Part shown: piece after piece, positions 1 to 10,263 of the stretch
Layout: every line of letters begins with the position of its first letter
Position numbering within the stretch: the first letter of the stretch is position 1
Source of the DNA: an uncultured virus (IMG/VR IMGVR_UViG_3300046004_000626)
Lineage: Duplodnaviria; Heunggongvirae; Uroviricota; Caudoviricetes
Length of the DNA stretch: 59,607 nucleotides
IMG/VR virus record: IMGVR_UViG_3300046004_000626
Reading direction: 5' to 3' (one strand)
Notes under the pieces: model-generated
Seen by the model: only the letters and a program-made list of their open reading frames with translations
The model's database searches: none
What the model was told of the DNA's origin: nothing
Program-made: the position numbers and the translations under genes

Positions 1-188
1 TATTAGAAGGTCGTGATGTTGCTGTACACTTAGACATCAACCCAAACGAAGCTCACGGTTCAAGCTGTGTTGTAACACAGGCAATAGGTTACATTCGCGG
101 AACATGCAATGTTATTCCAATGGTTAAACCAAACGCATGGGCTGCAAGTTACGCGGCTGATAGATTGCATCACGTATTAGCAGCATAA
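1..188 (+). CDS. RNase H-like (YkuK-like) protein, 3' partial
   Basis: Frame from nt 3 reads LEGRDVAVHLDINPNEAHGSSCVVTQAIGYIRGTCNVIPMVKPNAWAASYAADRLHHVLAA*. The HLDI and KPxAxAASxxAD motifs resemble the YkuK family. Confidence 0.6.
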   Translation, partial: LEGRDVAVHLDINPNEAHGSSCVVTQAIGYIRGTCNVIPMVKPNAWAASYAADRLHHVLAA

Positions 189-209
189 TTTAATTATATA
201 AGGATTAAC

Positions 210-887
210 ATGGATTATAAAATAGCAGACATTGGCCTAGCGGCTTGGGGACACAAAGAAATTGCAATTGCTGAAACAGAAATGCCAGGCCTAATGGCAA
301 TTCGTAAAGAATTAGAAGATTCGCAACCACTTAAAGGAGCACGTATCACAGGGTCATCACACATGACTATTCAAACTGCGGTACTGGTACAAACTCTTGT
401 GGCATTAGGCGCAGAAGTACGTTGGGCAAGTTGTAATATTTTTTCAACACAAGACCATGCCGCGGCTGCACTAGCTGATCAAGGTATTCCTGTTTTTGCT
501 TGGAAAGGCGAAACAGAAGATGAATACTGGTGGTGCTTAGAACAAACAGTTGCAGGTCCAGATGGTTGGCGCCCTAACATGTTGTTAGATGATGGGCATG
601 ACCTAACTTGGTATATCCATGTTAACTATCCAGAACTATTAGCAGACATCCGTGGTGTAACAGAAGAAACTACTACAGGTATCTATAAAATTAACGAAGC
701 TATTGCCAACGGTACTCCGTTAATGACTGTGGTCAATACTATGATTGGCGCCGCTAACGCCAATATGAAAAGGTTGCTGAAACCTTTTCATATTGGCGCA
801 GAGCTAACTACATTAAATCAAACACAAGCAGATTATATTGGTGTTCCAGTTGTTAGACCATTCAAACCTGATACGTATAGATATTGA
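210..887 (+). CDS. ahcY: S-adenosyl-L-homocysteine hydrolase homologue with the NAD-binding domain deleted (possibly a pseudogene)
   Basis: AhcY motifs [34 protein letters not shown] and EETTTG are present, as is the tail [17 protein letters not shown]. It is only 225 aa and lacks KSKFDN and the Rossmann domain. Confidence 0.85.
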   Translation: MDYKIADIGLAAWGHKEIAIAETEMPGLMAIRKELEDSQPLKGARITGSSHMTIQTAVLVQTLVALGAEVRWASCNIFSTQDHAAAALADQGIPVFAWKGETEDEYWWCLEQTVAGPDGWRPNMLLDDGHDLTWYIHVNYPELLADIRGVTEETTTGIYKINEAIANGTPLMTVVNTMIGAANANMKRLLKPFHIGAELTTLNQTQADYIGVPVVRPFKPDTYRY

Positions 888-916
888 TTGACAACACAGT
901 CGTTTGGTAGTATAAT
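888..916 (+). promoter_or_regulatory. sigma70-type early promoter
   Basis: TTGACA-17 nt-TATAAT, perfect consensus. Confidence 0.85.
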
Positions 917-939
917 AATACATTAATAAGGAGAGCGAC

Positions 940-1818
940 ATGCGTTTAGCAATAGCATCAGATATACATTTGGAGTTTGGCAGTTTGGAGCTGACCAACG
1001 ACTCTGATGCCGATGTCTTAATCCTAGCCGGTGATATCTGTATGGCTCGTGACTTTGAAATCACCGAGACCAAACGAGCAGAACGTTACTTTGCTTTCTT
1101 TGAACAAGTATCAAACGAGTTTGCTAAAGTTATCTACATTTTGGGTAATCACGAACACTACAACGGTGATGTTGCTTACAGCTACGGTATTCTTAAACGT
1201 CACCTAGCTAAGTTTCCTAACATACAGGTCATGGACAAGGAAACACTTGAATTAGAGGATGTTACCTTTGTCTGTGCTACTATGTGGACCAGTATGAACG
1301 ATGAGGATCCTGTTACTCTACACGCTGTCAAAGACATGATGAATGACTTCCGCAATGTTAAGAACAGTCTCAGAATGATAGCACGTACAGTACCGTTGTA
1401 TGATGATGGTGAGTATAATGTGGATCGTAAGGTCATAGGGCATAAGGTCAAAGAAGAGCCAGCTAAGTTTAGTCCACAGGACAGCGTCGATGATCACAAG
1501 CAGGCCTTAGACTATATTAACCATGTGTTGATGAATGATGACACTAAGAAGTATGTAGTAGTCACACATCACACACCTAGCTGGCAGAGCTGTGCACCTA
1601 AATGGTTAGGTGATCGGGTTATGAACGGTGCGTTCCATACTGAACTTGGTGACTTCATAGCCTATCGCCCGCAGATTAAGTTATGGGTACACGGGCATAC
1701 ACACGATGCGTTTGACTATGTCTTAGGTGAAACACGTGTAGTATGTAACCCACGCGGTTATATAGGACATGAAATGCAAGCCGACAGCTTCCAATTGAAA
1801 TACATTGATTTGTTGTAA
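940..1818 (+). CDS. calcineurin-like metallophosphoesterase
   Basis: SDIH, LAGD, GNHE, THH and HGHTH motifs, ending in CNPRGY. Confidence 0.9.
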   Translation: MRLAIASDIHLEFGSLELTNDSDADVLILAGDICMARDFEITETKRAERYFAFFEQVSNEFAKVIYILGNHEHYNGDVAYSYGILKRHLAKFPNIQVMDKETLELEDVTFVCATMWTSMNDEDPVTLHAVKDMMNDFRNVKNSLRMIARTVPLYDDGEYNVDRKVIGHKVKEEPAKFSPQDSVDDHKQALDYINHVLMNDDTKKYVVVTHHTPSWQSCAPKWLGDRVMNGAFHTELGDFIAYRPQIKLWVHGHTHDAFDYVLGETRVVCNPRGYIGHEMQADSFQLKYIDLL

Positions 1819-1950
1819 AAATACAACATCTTGCACTAATTTTACCAAAAAGTATATCAAAAAGCCACAGTTTATTGACTTCTCTTTATAAATAACTTAC
1901 ACTGATAGTATAACATATTAGTGTTATCCATTAAAAGGAGAAGTATCGTA

Positions 1951-3162
1951 ATGAAGAAAATTTTATTAGCAACATTATTAGCAAGTATGTACTCTACAGC
2001 AAATGCAGGTATTCAAATTCCAGCAGGTGATTGGACATTAGATATCGGCGGCGTTGTAAACGCATACTATACAAACACACGTGGCACAGGTAGTGCAGTT
2101 GCTGGTGGTCTTGGCGGCCCTAATGCCAATGGTCAACGCAATGAATCAAATATTACAACTGGCTTATTACCAAACGTATTATCAGTTTCTGGTAAGTCAC
2201 GTCAAAATGATTTAGACATTGGTTTCACTATTGCAATTAATCCAGGTGCTTCAACAACATCAGCTGGTGATCAAGGTGCTAACCAAGAAAATCGTCAAGC
2301 ATTCTTGACTATCGGTGATAAATCATGGGGTAGTGTAAAACTAGGTAAAGACCTAGGTATTTTCGCTAGTGATGCTATCTTAAACGACATGACATTGTTA
2401 GGTGTTGGTTCTGGTGCTGGTGCACTAGCTGGTAACACAACTACATTAGGTCGTATTGGTACTGGCTATATGTATGCAGACTGGAAATCACAAATTTCTT
2501 ACACATCTCCAAACTTCAACGGCTTAAGCTTCACTGCTGGTGTAACGCAAGCATGGAATGCTCAAACAGCTGACTTAAATGCAGTAACAGCAGGTGTACA
2601 AGCTGCTTCAGCAACTTCAACAGGCCGTGGTGGTGCACAACCAGCTTTTGAAGGTAAAGTATCTTACTCATTAGCAGGTCCCATTGCTGCTAAAGTTTGG
2701 TCAAGTGCTATTTCACAAAAAGTTGAAGGTGTAACTGGCTCTGCAGCAGATGACCGCGCTTATGCTTGGGACGTTGGTACAAACTTAGCTGCTGGTCCAT
2801 ACGGTTTAACTGCTTACTACTTTGATGGTAAAGGTATTGGCCGCACACTACAATTAGCTGATGGTTTTGACACTACAGGTCGACGTCGTGATTCAAACGG
2901 TGGTTATGTACAAGGTACATACACATTGCCAACAGCAACTAAACTTGGTGTAAGTTATGGTCAAAGTAAACTAGATCGTAACAGTGGTGAAACAGCAACC
3001 GCATTAGTTTCGAAAAACGAAATGTGGACATTTGGTGCTTATCACGCACTTACTAAATCAGTTAATTTAGTAGCTGAATACTCAGACGTTAAATCAGAAG
3101 CACAAAACGGTGCAGAAGGTAAATCACGTTCAGTATCAGCAGGTGCTATCTTATTCTTCTAA
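1951..3162 (+). CDS. Gram-negative outer-membrane porin
   Basis: RBS AGGAG before ATG 1951, signal peptide MKKILLATLLASMYSTANA, amphipathic beta strands, YTSPNFNG motif, C-terminal Phe. TATAAATA late promoter at 1887-1894. Confidence 0.85.
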   Translation: MKKILLATLLASMYSTANAGIQIPAGDWTLDIGGVVNAYYTNTRGTGSAVAGGLGGPNANGQRNESNITTGLLPNVLSVSGKSRQNDLDIGFTIAINPGASTTSAGDQGANQENRQAFLTIGDKSWGSVKLGKDLGIFASDAILNDMTLLGVGSGAGALAGNTTTLGRIGTGYMYADWKSQISYTSPNFNGLSFTAGVTQAWNAQTADLNAVTAGVQAASATSTGRGGAQPAFEGKVSYSLAGPIAAKVWSSAISQKVEGVTGSAADDRAYAWDVGTNLAAGPYGLTAYYFDGKGIGRTLQLADGFDTTGRRRDSNGGYVQGTYTLPTATKLGVSYGQSKLDRNSGETATALVSKNEMWTFGAYHALTKSVNLVAEYSDVKSEAQNGAEGKSRSVSAGAILFF

Positions 3163-3180
3163 GAATAATTTAGTTTAACC

Positions 3181-3210
3181 AAAAAAGCTCACTTCGGTGA
3201 GCTTTTTCTT
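3181..3210 (+). terminator. Rho-independent terminator
   Basis: AAAAAGCTCAC-TTCG-GTGAGCTTTTT hairpin with U-tract. Confidence 0.85.
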
Positions 3211-3243
3211 GACTTTACATTCTACAGGCAGTATACTAATTAT

Positions 3244-3483
3244 ATGAACTACACACTTGAACAAATTATAGAACTAGCAAAAGAAGTAGAAACGACTGAT
3301 GCTATAGATTGGGATAACTTACCTTTGAACAAAGATAGTATATATCAACTGGTGGGCAGTCAAGCATACGAACTATATAAGCAACACGCTGATTCGGAAT
3401 CCGGTGAAGCAATTATAGTATCAACAATTATTAAACTGTTAGTAGAAAATTTTGTACTAAATCTCAAAGTTGAATCACGATAA
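3244..3483 (+). CDS. hypothetical protein (probably leaderless)
   Basis: ORF begins 6 nt after TTGACT-17-TATACT (3209-3237). Confidence 0.7.
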   Translation: MNYTLEQIIELAKEVETTDAIDWDNLPLNKDSIYQLVGSQAYELYKQHADSESGEAIIVSTIIKLLVENFVLNLKVESR

Positions 3484-3495
3484 GGAGCAATACAC

Positions 3496-3696
3496 ATGGC
3501 TAAAACAAACGCAGGTTTCAAATTAGGTAAGATGGTTAAATTAACACTAGCAACAATCTTAGATAAAACCGAACGCAGGATCTATTTGAAAGCAATGGTC
3601 AGCGCACAGCAATCATATATGGAATCAAAAAACAAAAAGTTCTCCGAGTTACGCTCAACACCAGCTAACGGTGGTCAAGCACGTCAACCTAGTTAA
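3496..3696 (+). CDS. small basic hypothetical protein
   Basis: AAGGAG RBS, followed by a terminator-like hairpin at about 3708-3750. Confidence 0.75.
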   Translation: MAKTNAGFKLGKMVKLTLATILDKTERRIYLKAMVSAQQSYMESKNKKFSELRSTPANGGQARQPS

Positions 3697-3824
3697 TTGA
3701 ATCAAATAAGGCAGAAACTTGTTAATTTTGGCAAGTTTTTCTGCCTTTTCTCTTGACTAACGTATCAAAACAATGTTATAATAGTAAAATAAGAGTTTAT
3801 CTTAAATTAACTGGAGTACACATT

Positions 3825-3980
3825 ATGTTTGAATCAATTGAAATTCGTAAAGTAGCAAACGGTTTTATTGTAATTTTAAATACAGAAGAAGATGCCAAAG
3901 AGTTTGTATTTGACACAAGTCGCAAAGCAGTTAAATTCATTCGTGAATATGTAGAAGGCAAAGTATCACAACCAGCATAA
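3825..3980 (+). CDS. small hypothetical protein MFESIEIRKVANGF...
   Basis: GGAG RBS before ATG 3825, with TTGACT-18-TATAAT at 3753-3782. Confidence 0.7.
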   Translation: MFESIEIRKVANGFIVILNTEEDAKEFVFDTSRKAVKFIREYVEGKVSQPA

Positions 3981-4050
3981 TTTTAGTTGCGTAATTGGCT
4001 AAAATAAATACTGATATAATAGTAACATTCAATTAACAAGGAACACATCA

Positions 4051-5079
4051 ATGTCAAAAACCGTGCTGGTAACAGGTGGTGCAGGATTCATCGCACACCA
4101 CGTTATCGAAAACTTACTTAGAAATACAGATTGGAATATCGTTAGTTTAGATCGTCTAGACTTTAGCGGCAACTTAAACCGCTTGAGTGATATGATGGCA
4201 AACTTTGATGCAGAAACTAAGAAACGTGTTAAGGTTGTATTCCACGACTTACGTGCAGAATTAAATCCAATGGTTGCTCGTGACATTGGTGATGTAAACT
4301 ATGTACTACATTTAGCCGCAGGATCACACGTTGATCGATCAATTGAGTTCCCAATGGAATTTGTCTGGGACAACGTTGTAGGTACAGGTCACATCTTAGA
4401 GTTTGCACGTAAACTACCTAATCTAGAACGTTTTATCTACTTCTCAACAGATGAAGTATTTGGTCCAGCACCAGTTGGCGTAAACTACGGTGAACGTGAT
4501 CGTTACAACTCAAGCAATCCATACTCAGCTACTAAAGCTGGTGGTGAAGAATTAGCTGTAGCGTTTGAAAATACCTACAAGATGCCTATCTACATTACAC
4601 ATACAATGAATGTGTTTGGTCAACGCCAACACCCAGAGAAGTTTATTCCAATGTGTATTCGTAAGGTAAACGATGGCGATGCTATTACTATTCACAGTGA
4701 CAGCACACGTACAATTCCGGGCAGTCGTTTCTACATTCATGCGGCAGATGTAGCAGATGCCATGTTCTTCTTGTTAGGCTTAGACAGTACTAAACTAGCA
4801 CCAGACTACGGTGATGCTAAATGTCCTAAGTTCAACCTAGTAGGTAAACAAGAAATCAACAACCTACAACTAGCACAGATCATTGCTGATGCACAAGGTA
4901 AAGAATTAAAATACGAAATGGTTGATTTCCATAGTAGTCGCCCAGGCCATGACCTACGTTATGCTCTAAGTGGTGACTACATGCGAGAATTAGGTTGGGA
5001 ACCTAAGGTTAGCCTAACAGAACGTATCGGTGAAGTAGTACAATGGACACTTGACAATGAGAGATGGTTACGATGCTAA
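4051..5079 (+). CDS. dTDP-glucose 4,6-dehydratase-like (RfbB/RmlB family)
   Basis: VTGGAGFI, HLAAGSHVDRS, STDEVFG, PYSATKA, QHPEKFIP and RPGHDLRYA. Confidence 0.9.
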   Translation: MSKTVLVTGGAGFIAHHVIENLLRNTDWNIVSLDRLDFSGNLNRLSDMMANFDAETKKRVKVVFHDLRAELNPMVARDIGDVNYVLHLAAGSHVDRSIEFPMEFVWDNVVGTGHILEFARKLPNLERFIYFSTDEVFGPAPVGVNYGERDRYNSSNPYSATKAGGEELAVAFENTYKMPIYITHTMNVFGQRQHPEKFIPMCIRKVNDGDAITIHSDSTRTIPGSRFYIHAADVADAMFFLLGLDSTKLAPDYGDAKCPKFNLVGKQEINNLQLAQIIADAQGKELKYEMVDFHSSRPGHDLRYALSGDYMRELGWEPKVSLTERIGEVVQWTLDNERWLRC

Positions 5080-5735
5080 GAGAAATATTTGATAATTTGG
5101 ATCTACACTGCGGTAAGTGGAGCCACTACTTTGATATCTATGAACAACACTTTGCTAAGTTTGTTGGCAAGAAGCCAGTAGTAGTTGAAGTTGGTATTTG
5201 CCGCGGTGGCAGTGCTGAAATGTGGAAAAAGTATTTTGGTGAAGGTGCTACTATTGTTGGTATTGACATTGATCCGAATTCTTTCAAATTAGAGCACCAG
5301 ACTCCTGGTTGTATACAGGTAAACGGTAGCCAGGCAGATCCGGCATTTTGGGACAAGTTCTTAACTGAGTACCCAAACATTGATGTGTTCATTGACGATG
5401 GTAGTCATGTATGCAGTCATCAAATCCTAACCTTACAAAAGGTTTGGTCGAGTATTACTCCCGGCGGTGTTTATCTGTGTGAAGATACACACACTAACTA
5501 TTGGCCAGAGTATAGTGGCGGTATTCGAGTACCTAGCACGTTTTTAAACTATGCTAAACAAATTACCGACACTATGAATGTTAATTACTACAAAGATTTA
5601 GATCGTCACCCAGATAATATGATGTTTGCCGACTTTTATAAAGATCTTTCAGGACAACATTTCTATGATAGTATTGTAGTATTAGACAAAGATGGCAAAC
5701 GCCCAACTGAATTAGTCACGAGTACACCAATATGA
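5073..5735 (+). CDS. class I SAM-dependent methyltransferase (sugar O-methyltransferase-like)
   Basis: KWSHYFDIYE, VEVGICRGGS, GIDID, IDDGSH and GGVYLCED. Confidence 0.85.
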   Translation: MLREIFDNLDLHCGKWSHYFDIYEQHFAKFVGKKPVVVEVGICRGGSAEMWKKYFGEGATIVGIDIDPNSFKLEHQTPGCIQVNGSQADPAFWDKFLTEYPNIDVFIDDGSHVCSHQILTLQKVWSSITPGGVYLCEDTHTNYWPEYSGGIRVPSTFLNYAKQITDTMNVNYYKDLDRHPDNMMFADFYKDLSGQHFYDSIVVLDKDGKRPTELVTSTPI

Positions 5736-6472
5736 GTAAACAAACAGTTTTAATTACATCAGCAGTATATACTAACTATGGTATATACGATGCTAAACAA
5801 CGTATACAACAAACATTAGATACAGTTAAAAGTGCCAAGAAATACATACCAGATTGTACTATTATTTTAATTGATAATAGCACAGTTGCGGTACAGGCAG
5901 ATGACAGTGTAGAATTAAATGAACTAATTGATCAAGTTGATTATTATATCGATAACAGCGACGACCTAGACATACAACATTTCCATAACAATATTACAAA
6001 TTATGACATTGGTAAAAATTCAATGGAATGTGTTGGTATGCACAAGGCGCTTACTTACATGTCATCTAATCCTGAGATAATGGAAGTTATTGCAAACTCG
6101 TCGAGAATATTTAAACTTAGTGGACGTTATCAATTAACTGATAAGTTTGATATTACTAAATTTGATAATGATGTTACTGCTGACAAATATGTGTTTAAAC
6201 GAGCACAGGCCAGCTGGATTAACTCAGCTGATACCGGTGTAACTACTATGTTACAAACTCGCCTATGGTCGTTTACTCCTAGTTTGTTTGCTGATACTAT
6301 TCAACTGTTTCAAAATATTCTACAAAATATGTTTGCCACCTTTAATCAAGGAAAATATATTGATGTTGAACACAGTATGGCAAAGTTTGTGCCATCAGCC
6401 AAGTTAGTTGAATTGGACACAGTTGGCCTACAAGGCAACATTGCTCCAAATGGCATGATGATTATTGACTAA
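5732..6472 (+). CDS. hypothetical protein in sugar-modification cluster (glycosyltransferase-like)
   Basis: Translationally coupled within the cluster. IDNS, FKLSGRY and DVEH motifs. Confidence 0.5.
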   Translation: MSKQTVLITSAVYTNYGIYDAKQRIQQTLDTVKSAKKYIPDCTIILIDNSTVAVQADDSVELNELIDQVDYYIDNSDDLDIQHFHNNITNYDIGKNSMECVGMHKALTYMSSNPEIMEVIANSSRIFKLSGRYQLTDKFDITKFDNDVTADKYVFKRAQASWINSADTGVTTMLQTRLWSFTPSLFADTIQLFQNILQNMFATFNQGKYIDVEHSMAKFVPSAKLVELDTVGLQGNIAPNGMMIID

Positions 6473-7398
6473 TGAAAAACATCTTAATCATTGGCGGTAA
6501 TGGTTATGTTGGATCTAGACTAAGGCAAGTATTGGCACAGACCTACACTGTAGAAAGTGTAGACTGTTGCTGGTACAACTATGATGAAACGTCTAATAGA
6601 ACTGACTATCATAAATTAACCGTAGACTACATGTCAACGTTTGACGCTGTGGTATTACTAGCAGGGCATAGCAGTGTGGCTAGTTGTGTCGGCGATATAA
6701 AAAGTCCTTGGTTAAACAATGTTACTAATTTTACTGATCTAATAGACAAATTGTCACATAAAAATATTCCGTTGATCTACGCTAGTTCAGCAAGCGTATA
6801 CGGTAACAGTCTGCCAGGGCAATTGTTTACTGAAGAAAATCGACAGTTTATCCCTGTAAACAATTACGACATTACCAAATATACTTTAGACTTAGAAGCT
6901 AAGATTGCTATCAGTAACGGACATACCATAATGGGTCTACGCTTTGGTACAGTCAACGGTTGGGCACCTAACCTACGTGCCGATGTTATGATCAATGCTA
7001 TGTATAATGCGGCTAACACACAAGGTAAAATTACTGTAACAAACAAGCATATCAATCGTGCCCTATTAGGCATTGAAGATCTATGTCGAGGTATAGCACA
7101 CTGTATTGAACGTCCACAAGCGGGTATCTACAACATGGCTAGTTTCAACGCTACCGTTGAATATATTGCTACCACTGTAGCCGAGGAACTAGCCGTGCCT
7201 GTAGTTGACCGAGGAGTTACTGCTAACGCATATGACTTTGGACTAGATACTACATTATTTCAGAAGACATTTGACTTTACATTTACTGAAACACCTAGTA
7301 CAATAGTTACTAGTCTAAAAAAAAGATATGCGGAATCACACGTTGAACGCCGCGACAATTACATGACATATCAATGGGAAAAAGAGTATGACCGATAA
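6472..7398 (+). CDS. NAD-dependent epimerase/dehydratase
   Basis: GGNGYVG, YASSASVYG, YxxxK and LRFGTVNG. Confidence 0.85.
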   Translation: MKNILIIGGNGYVGSRLRQVLAQTYTVESVDCCWYNYDETSNRTDYHKLTVDYMSTFDAVVLLAGHSSVASCVGDIKSPWLNNVTNFTDLIDKLSHKNIPLIYASSASVYGNSLPGQLFTEENRQFIPVNNYDITKYTLDLEAKIAISNGHTIMGLRFGTVNGWAPNLRADVMINAMYNAANTQGKITVTNKHINRALLGIEDLCRGIAHCIERPQAGIYNMASFNATVEYIATTVAEELAVPVVDRGVTANAYDFGLDTTLFQKTFDFTFTETPSTIVTSLKKRYAESHVERRDNYMTYQWEKEYDR

Positions 7399-8602
7399 CG
7401 CGAAAGAATTAACTGAATGCCTGTGCTGTGGCAGTAAGCATTTAGAACCAACCTTAGACCTTGGTGAACAACCAATGGCCAATAGTTTCTTAGAATCACC
7501 AGAAACGCCAGAATTAATATTTCCGTTAAAACTTAATCGTTGTACAGAATGTAGTCACTTGCAGTTAAGTCATGCAGTTGATCCTGACTTATTATTCCGT
7601 AACTATTTGTATGTAAGCGGCACTAGCCAAACACTTAAAGATTACTTTGATTGGTTTGCTAACTACTCATTTGAATTCTTTTCGGAGAAGCCAACCAGTG
7701 TATTAGACATTGCGTGTAATGATGGCACACAGTTAGATTCATTTAAAAAGGTTGGCTTAACAACTTATGGTGTTGACCCAGCTACAAACCTACATCCAAT
7801 TAGCAGTAAGAATCACGAAGTTATCTTAGATTACTTTACAGCGGCTCATGTAGAAGGATTGAAAGCCAAAAACATTGATATCATCAATGCGCAGAATGTA
7901 TTTGCACATAACAGCTATCCATTAGAGTTCTTACAGCAATGTAAAGAAATCATGCACGATAGTAGCGTATTGTTCATTCAAACTAGTCAAGCAGACATGG
8001 TTAAGAACAATGAGTTTGATACTATCTACCACGAGCACCTAAGTTTCTTCTGTGCCAACAGCATGAATGAACTGGCAAAACGTGCAGGCTTAAACTTAAT
8101 TGATATTACTAAAACACCTATCCATGGTAACAGCTATGTGTTTGTGTTTAGTAAACATCCTAGTACAGATGGCAAAGTTGAACAGGTACTAGCAGAAGAA
8201 CGTGCCGCAGGTTTACAAGATCCACAGACTTATGTAGAGTATGCTCGTCGAGCACAGCAAGTAGTACAAGATCTTAAAGATACTATTGTGGCCTATCGTG
8301 CAGAAGGATTTGTTATTGCTGGTTATGGCGCGGCAGCCAAAGGTATGACATTACTTAACTTTGGCAACATTACATTAGACTTTATTATTGATGACAATCC
8401 GATGAAGCAGGGTCTTTTCAGTCCGGGCATGCATATTCCTGTGGTGTCAATTGATATGTTAGATGAGTGCGCAGATCTTAACGTAGCATTTGTTCCATTG
8501 GCTTGGAATTTCTTTAATGAAATTAAACGCAATATTAAAACTAAACGTGATAATACAGAAGATGTGTTCGTTCGTTACTTCCCAACTATCAGTGTAGAAT
8601 AA
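7388..8602 (+). CDS. NDP-hexose C-methyltransferase family protein
   Basis: N-terminal Zn motif (CxxC...CxxC), DIACNDG, FDTIYHEHLSFF, IHG, GYGAAAKG and LAWNF. Confidence 0.9.
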   Translation: MTDNAKELTECLCCGSKHLEPTLDLGEQPMANSFLESPETPELIFPLKLNRCTECSHLQLSHAVDPDLLFRNYLYVSGTSQTLKDYFDWFANYSFEFFSEKPTSVLDIACNDGTQLDSFKKVGLTTYGVDPATNLHPISSKNHEVILDYFTAAHVEGLKAKNIDIINAQNVFAHNSYPLEFLQQCKEIMHDSSVLFIQTSQADMVKNNEFDTIYHEHLSFFCANSMNELAKRAGLNLIDITKTPIHGNSYVFVFSKHPSTDGKVEQVLAEERAAGLQDPQTYVEYARRAQQVVQDLKDTIVAYRAEGFVIAGYGAAAKGMTLLNFGNITLDFIIDDNPMKQGLFSPGMHIPVVSIDMLDECADLNVAFVPLAWNFFNEIKRNIKTKRDNTEDVFVRYFPTISVE

Positions 8603-9387
8603 TGCGTAAGACCTTACTTTGTCATTTTTACAATGAAGAATATCTATTACCGTGGTTCCTTAATCATCATAAGCAGATATTTGACCACGGCGTGATGATT
8701 GACTATCACAGCACTGATCGTAGTCGTGACATCATTCGAGAGATCTGTCCTACATGGGATATTGTAACTAGTCGTAACCCAAACTTTCAAGCAGACTTAA
8801 TTGATGTAGAAGTCAACGACATTGAAGCTGGCATTGAAGGTTGGAAGATTTGTCTTAATGTAACAGAACAGCTAATTGGTGATTACACAGCAATGGATGA
8901 CCGTGGTCCTGAACATATACTAGTACCAAGTATCTTTATGGTAGACACCGATAGAGAGCAGACTGTTACACACGACCTGCCCTTGTACAAACAAAAACAT
9001 CATGGCTTTGTATTCAGCGACAGCAATCAGGCATTCTTAGAACGTCGTGCCAGACGACTACACAAAGGACACGTGCCTTATCCAATATCAACCACTGGTG
9101 ATTGTATGGCTCCCGGACGTCACTACAACTTCTATACTACAGATAAGTTGGCTATATTATATTATGGATGGTGTCCGTTTGATGAAGATGGTATTGCACG
9201 TAAACTGCAAATACAAACACAAATACCTCTATTAGACCGTCAACGCGGTTGGGGATATCATCACATTACAAACAAAGAAACATTAAACTATAGACTTGAG
9301 AACGAATTTGTTCCTCGAGCAAGAGATATATCTAAGGAACTAGCATATTATGTCGACAAACATGAAAATTTTTCAAATATACTTTAA
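8602..9387 (+). CDS. glycosyltransferase family 2-like protein
   Basis: YNEEYLLPWFLNHH and IDYHSTD N-terminal GT-A signature. Confidence 0.7.
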   Translation: MRKTLLCHFYNEEYLLPWFLNHHKQIFDHGVMIDYHSTDRSRDIIREICPTWDIVTSRNPNFQADLIDVEVNDIEAGIEGWKICLNVTEQLIGDYTAMDDRGPEHILVPSIFMVDTDREQTVTHDLPLYKQKHHGFVFSDSNQAFLERRARRLHKGHVPYPISTTGDCMAPGRHYNFYTTDKLAILYYGWCPFDEDGIARKLQIQTQIPLLDRQRGWGYHHITNKETLNYRLENEFVPRARDISKELAYYVDKHENFSNIL

Positions 9388-10183
9388 GCCAGAATTAAAA
9401 CAGCACTGCGATCCTGCGTTTACTCCATTGGATAATACAGCGAACCCTCGTCCAGAATTACGTGAGTGGGACGTGTGGGATAGAGAATACGAAAACATTC
9501 TGGCACAGGGATTAGACTACTGGGGATTTGTGTCTTGGAAGTTCAAAGAAAAAACTAACCTGTCAGGTCAACAATTTATTGACTTTATTACAAGTAATCC
9601 CGGCGCTGATGTTTATTTTGTTAATCCATGTATAGTTAACGAAGCAGTATTTGCTAATAGCTGGGAACAAGGTGATCTATATCATCCTAACATATCTACA
9701 ATTGGCAATAGCTTTTTAACTAAACTTGGTTATGAAGATGTTGATGTAAAAAGCATGGTACTTGATCGCAACTGCACAATGTTTGCAAATTATATTGTTG
9801 GTAGCAGATCATTCTGGGAAAGATTTATGACGTTTTCACGTCGACTATTTACAGAAGCAGAAAAGGATCCTGTGTTTAAACATCAGGTATTTGGTGCAGG
9901 GTTGAGCAACTATGCACATGATAAAACATTACCAAACTTTACATTTTTGATTGAAAGATTAATTCCTACATTTATTGATTTAGAGCAGATTTCTGCACTT
10001 GGCTACCAATATACGTCTGAAACTGTGCCGGAAAAATATAAGCCATATTTGGGCGATTTACGAGCATTATCTAGCCTAAAAGTACTGATAAATGAACATA
10101 ATAGTGATGAATTGTACAACATTTGGAACCATTATAGAAATAGCTTACTACGACAACATCCGGCGATTTTGGGATTAGAGTAG
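9362..10183 (+). CDS. hypothetical protein, glycosyltransferase-like
   Basis: Last gene of the sugar cluster. YWGFVSWKF and FLIERL motifs. Confidence 0.5.
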   Translation: MKIFQIYFKPELKQHCDPAFTPLDNTANPRPELREWDVWDREYENILAQGLDYWGFVSWKFKEKTNLSGQQFIDFITSNPGADVYFVNPCIVNEAVFANSWEQGDLYHPNISTIGNSFLTKLGYEDVDVKSMVLDRNCTMFANYIVGSRSFWERFMTFSRRLFTEAEKDPVFKHQVFGAGLSNYAHDKTLPNFTFLIERLIPTFIDLEQISALGYQYTSETVPEKYKPYLGDLRALSSLKVLINEHNSDELYNIWNHYRNSLLRQHPAILGLE

Positions 10184-10263
10184 TTATCCTAATCTGCATC
10201 TAGTAAAGTATACAGTAAACAAGATCAAACTTTAACTATATACTATACCTTCGGAGGATTCAG

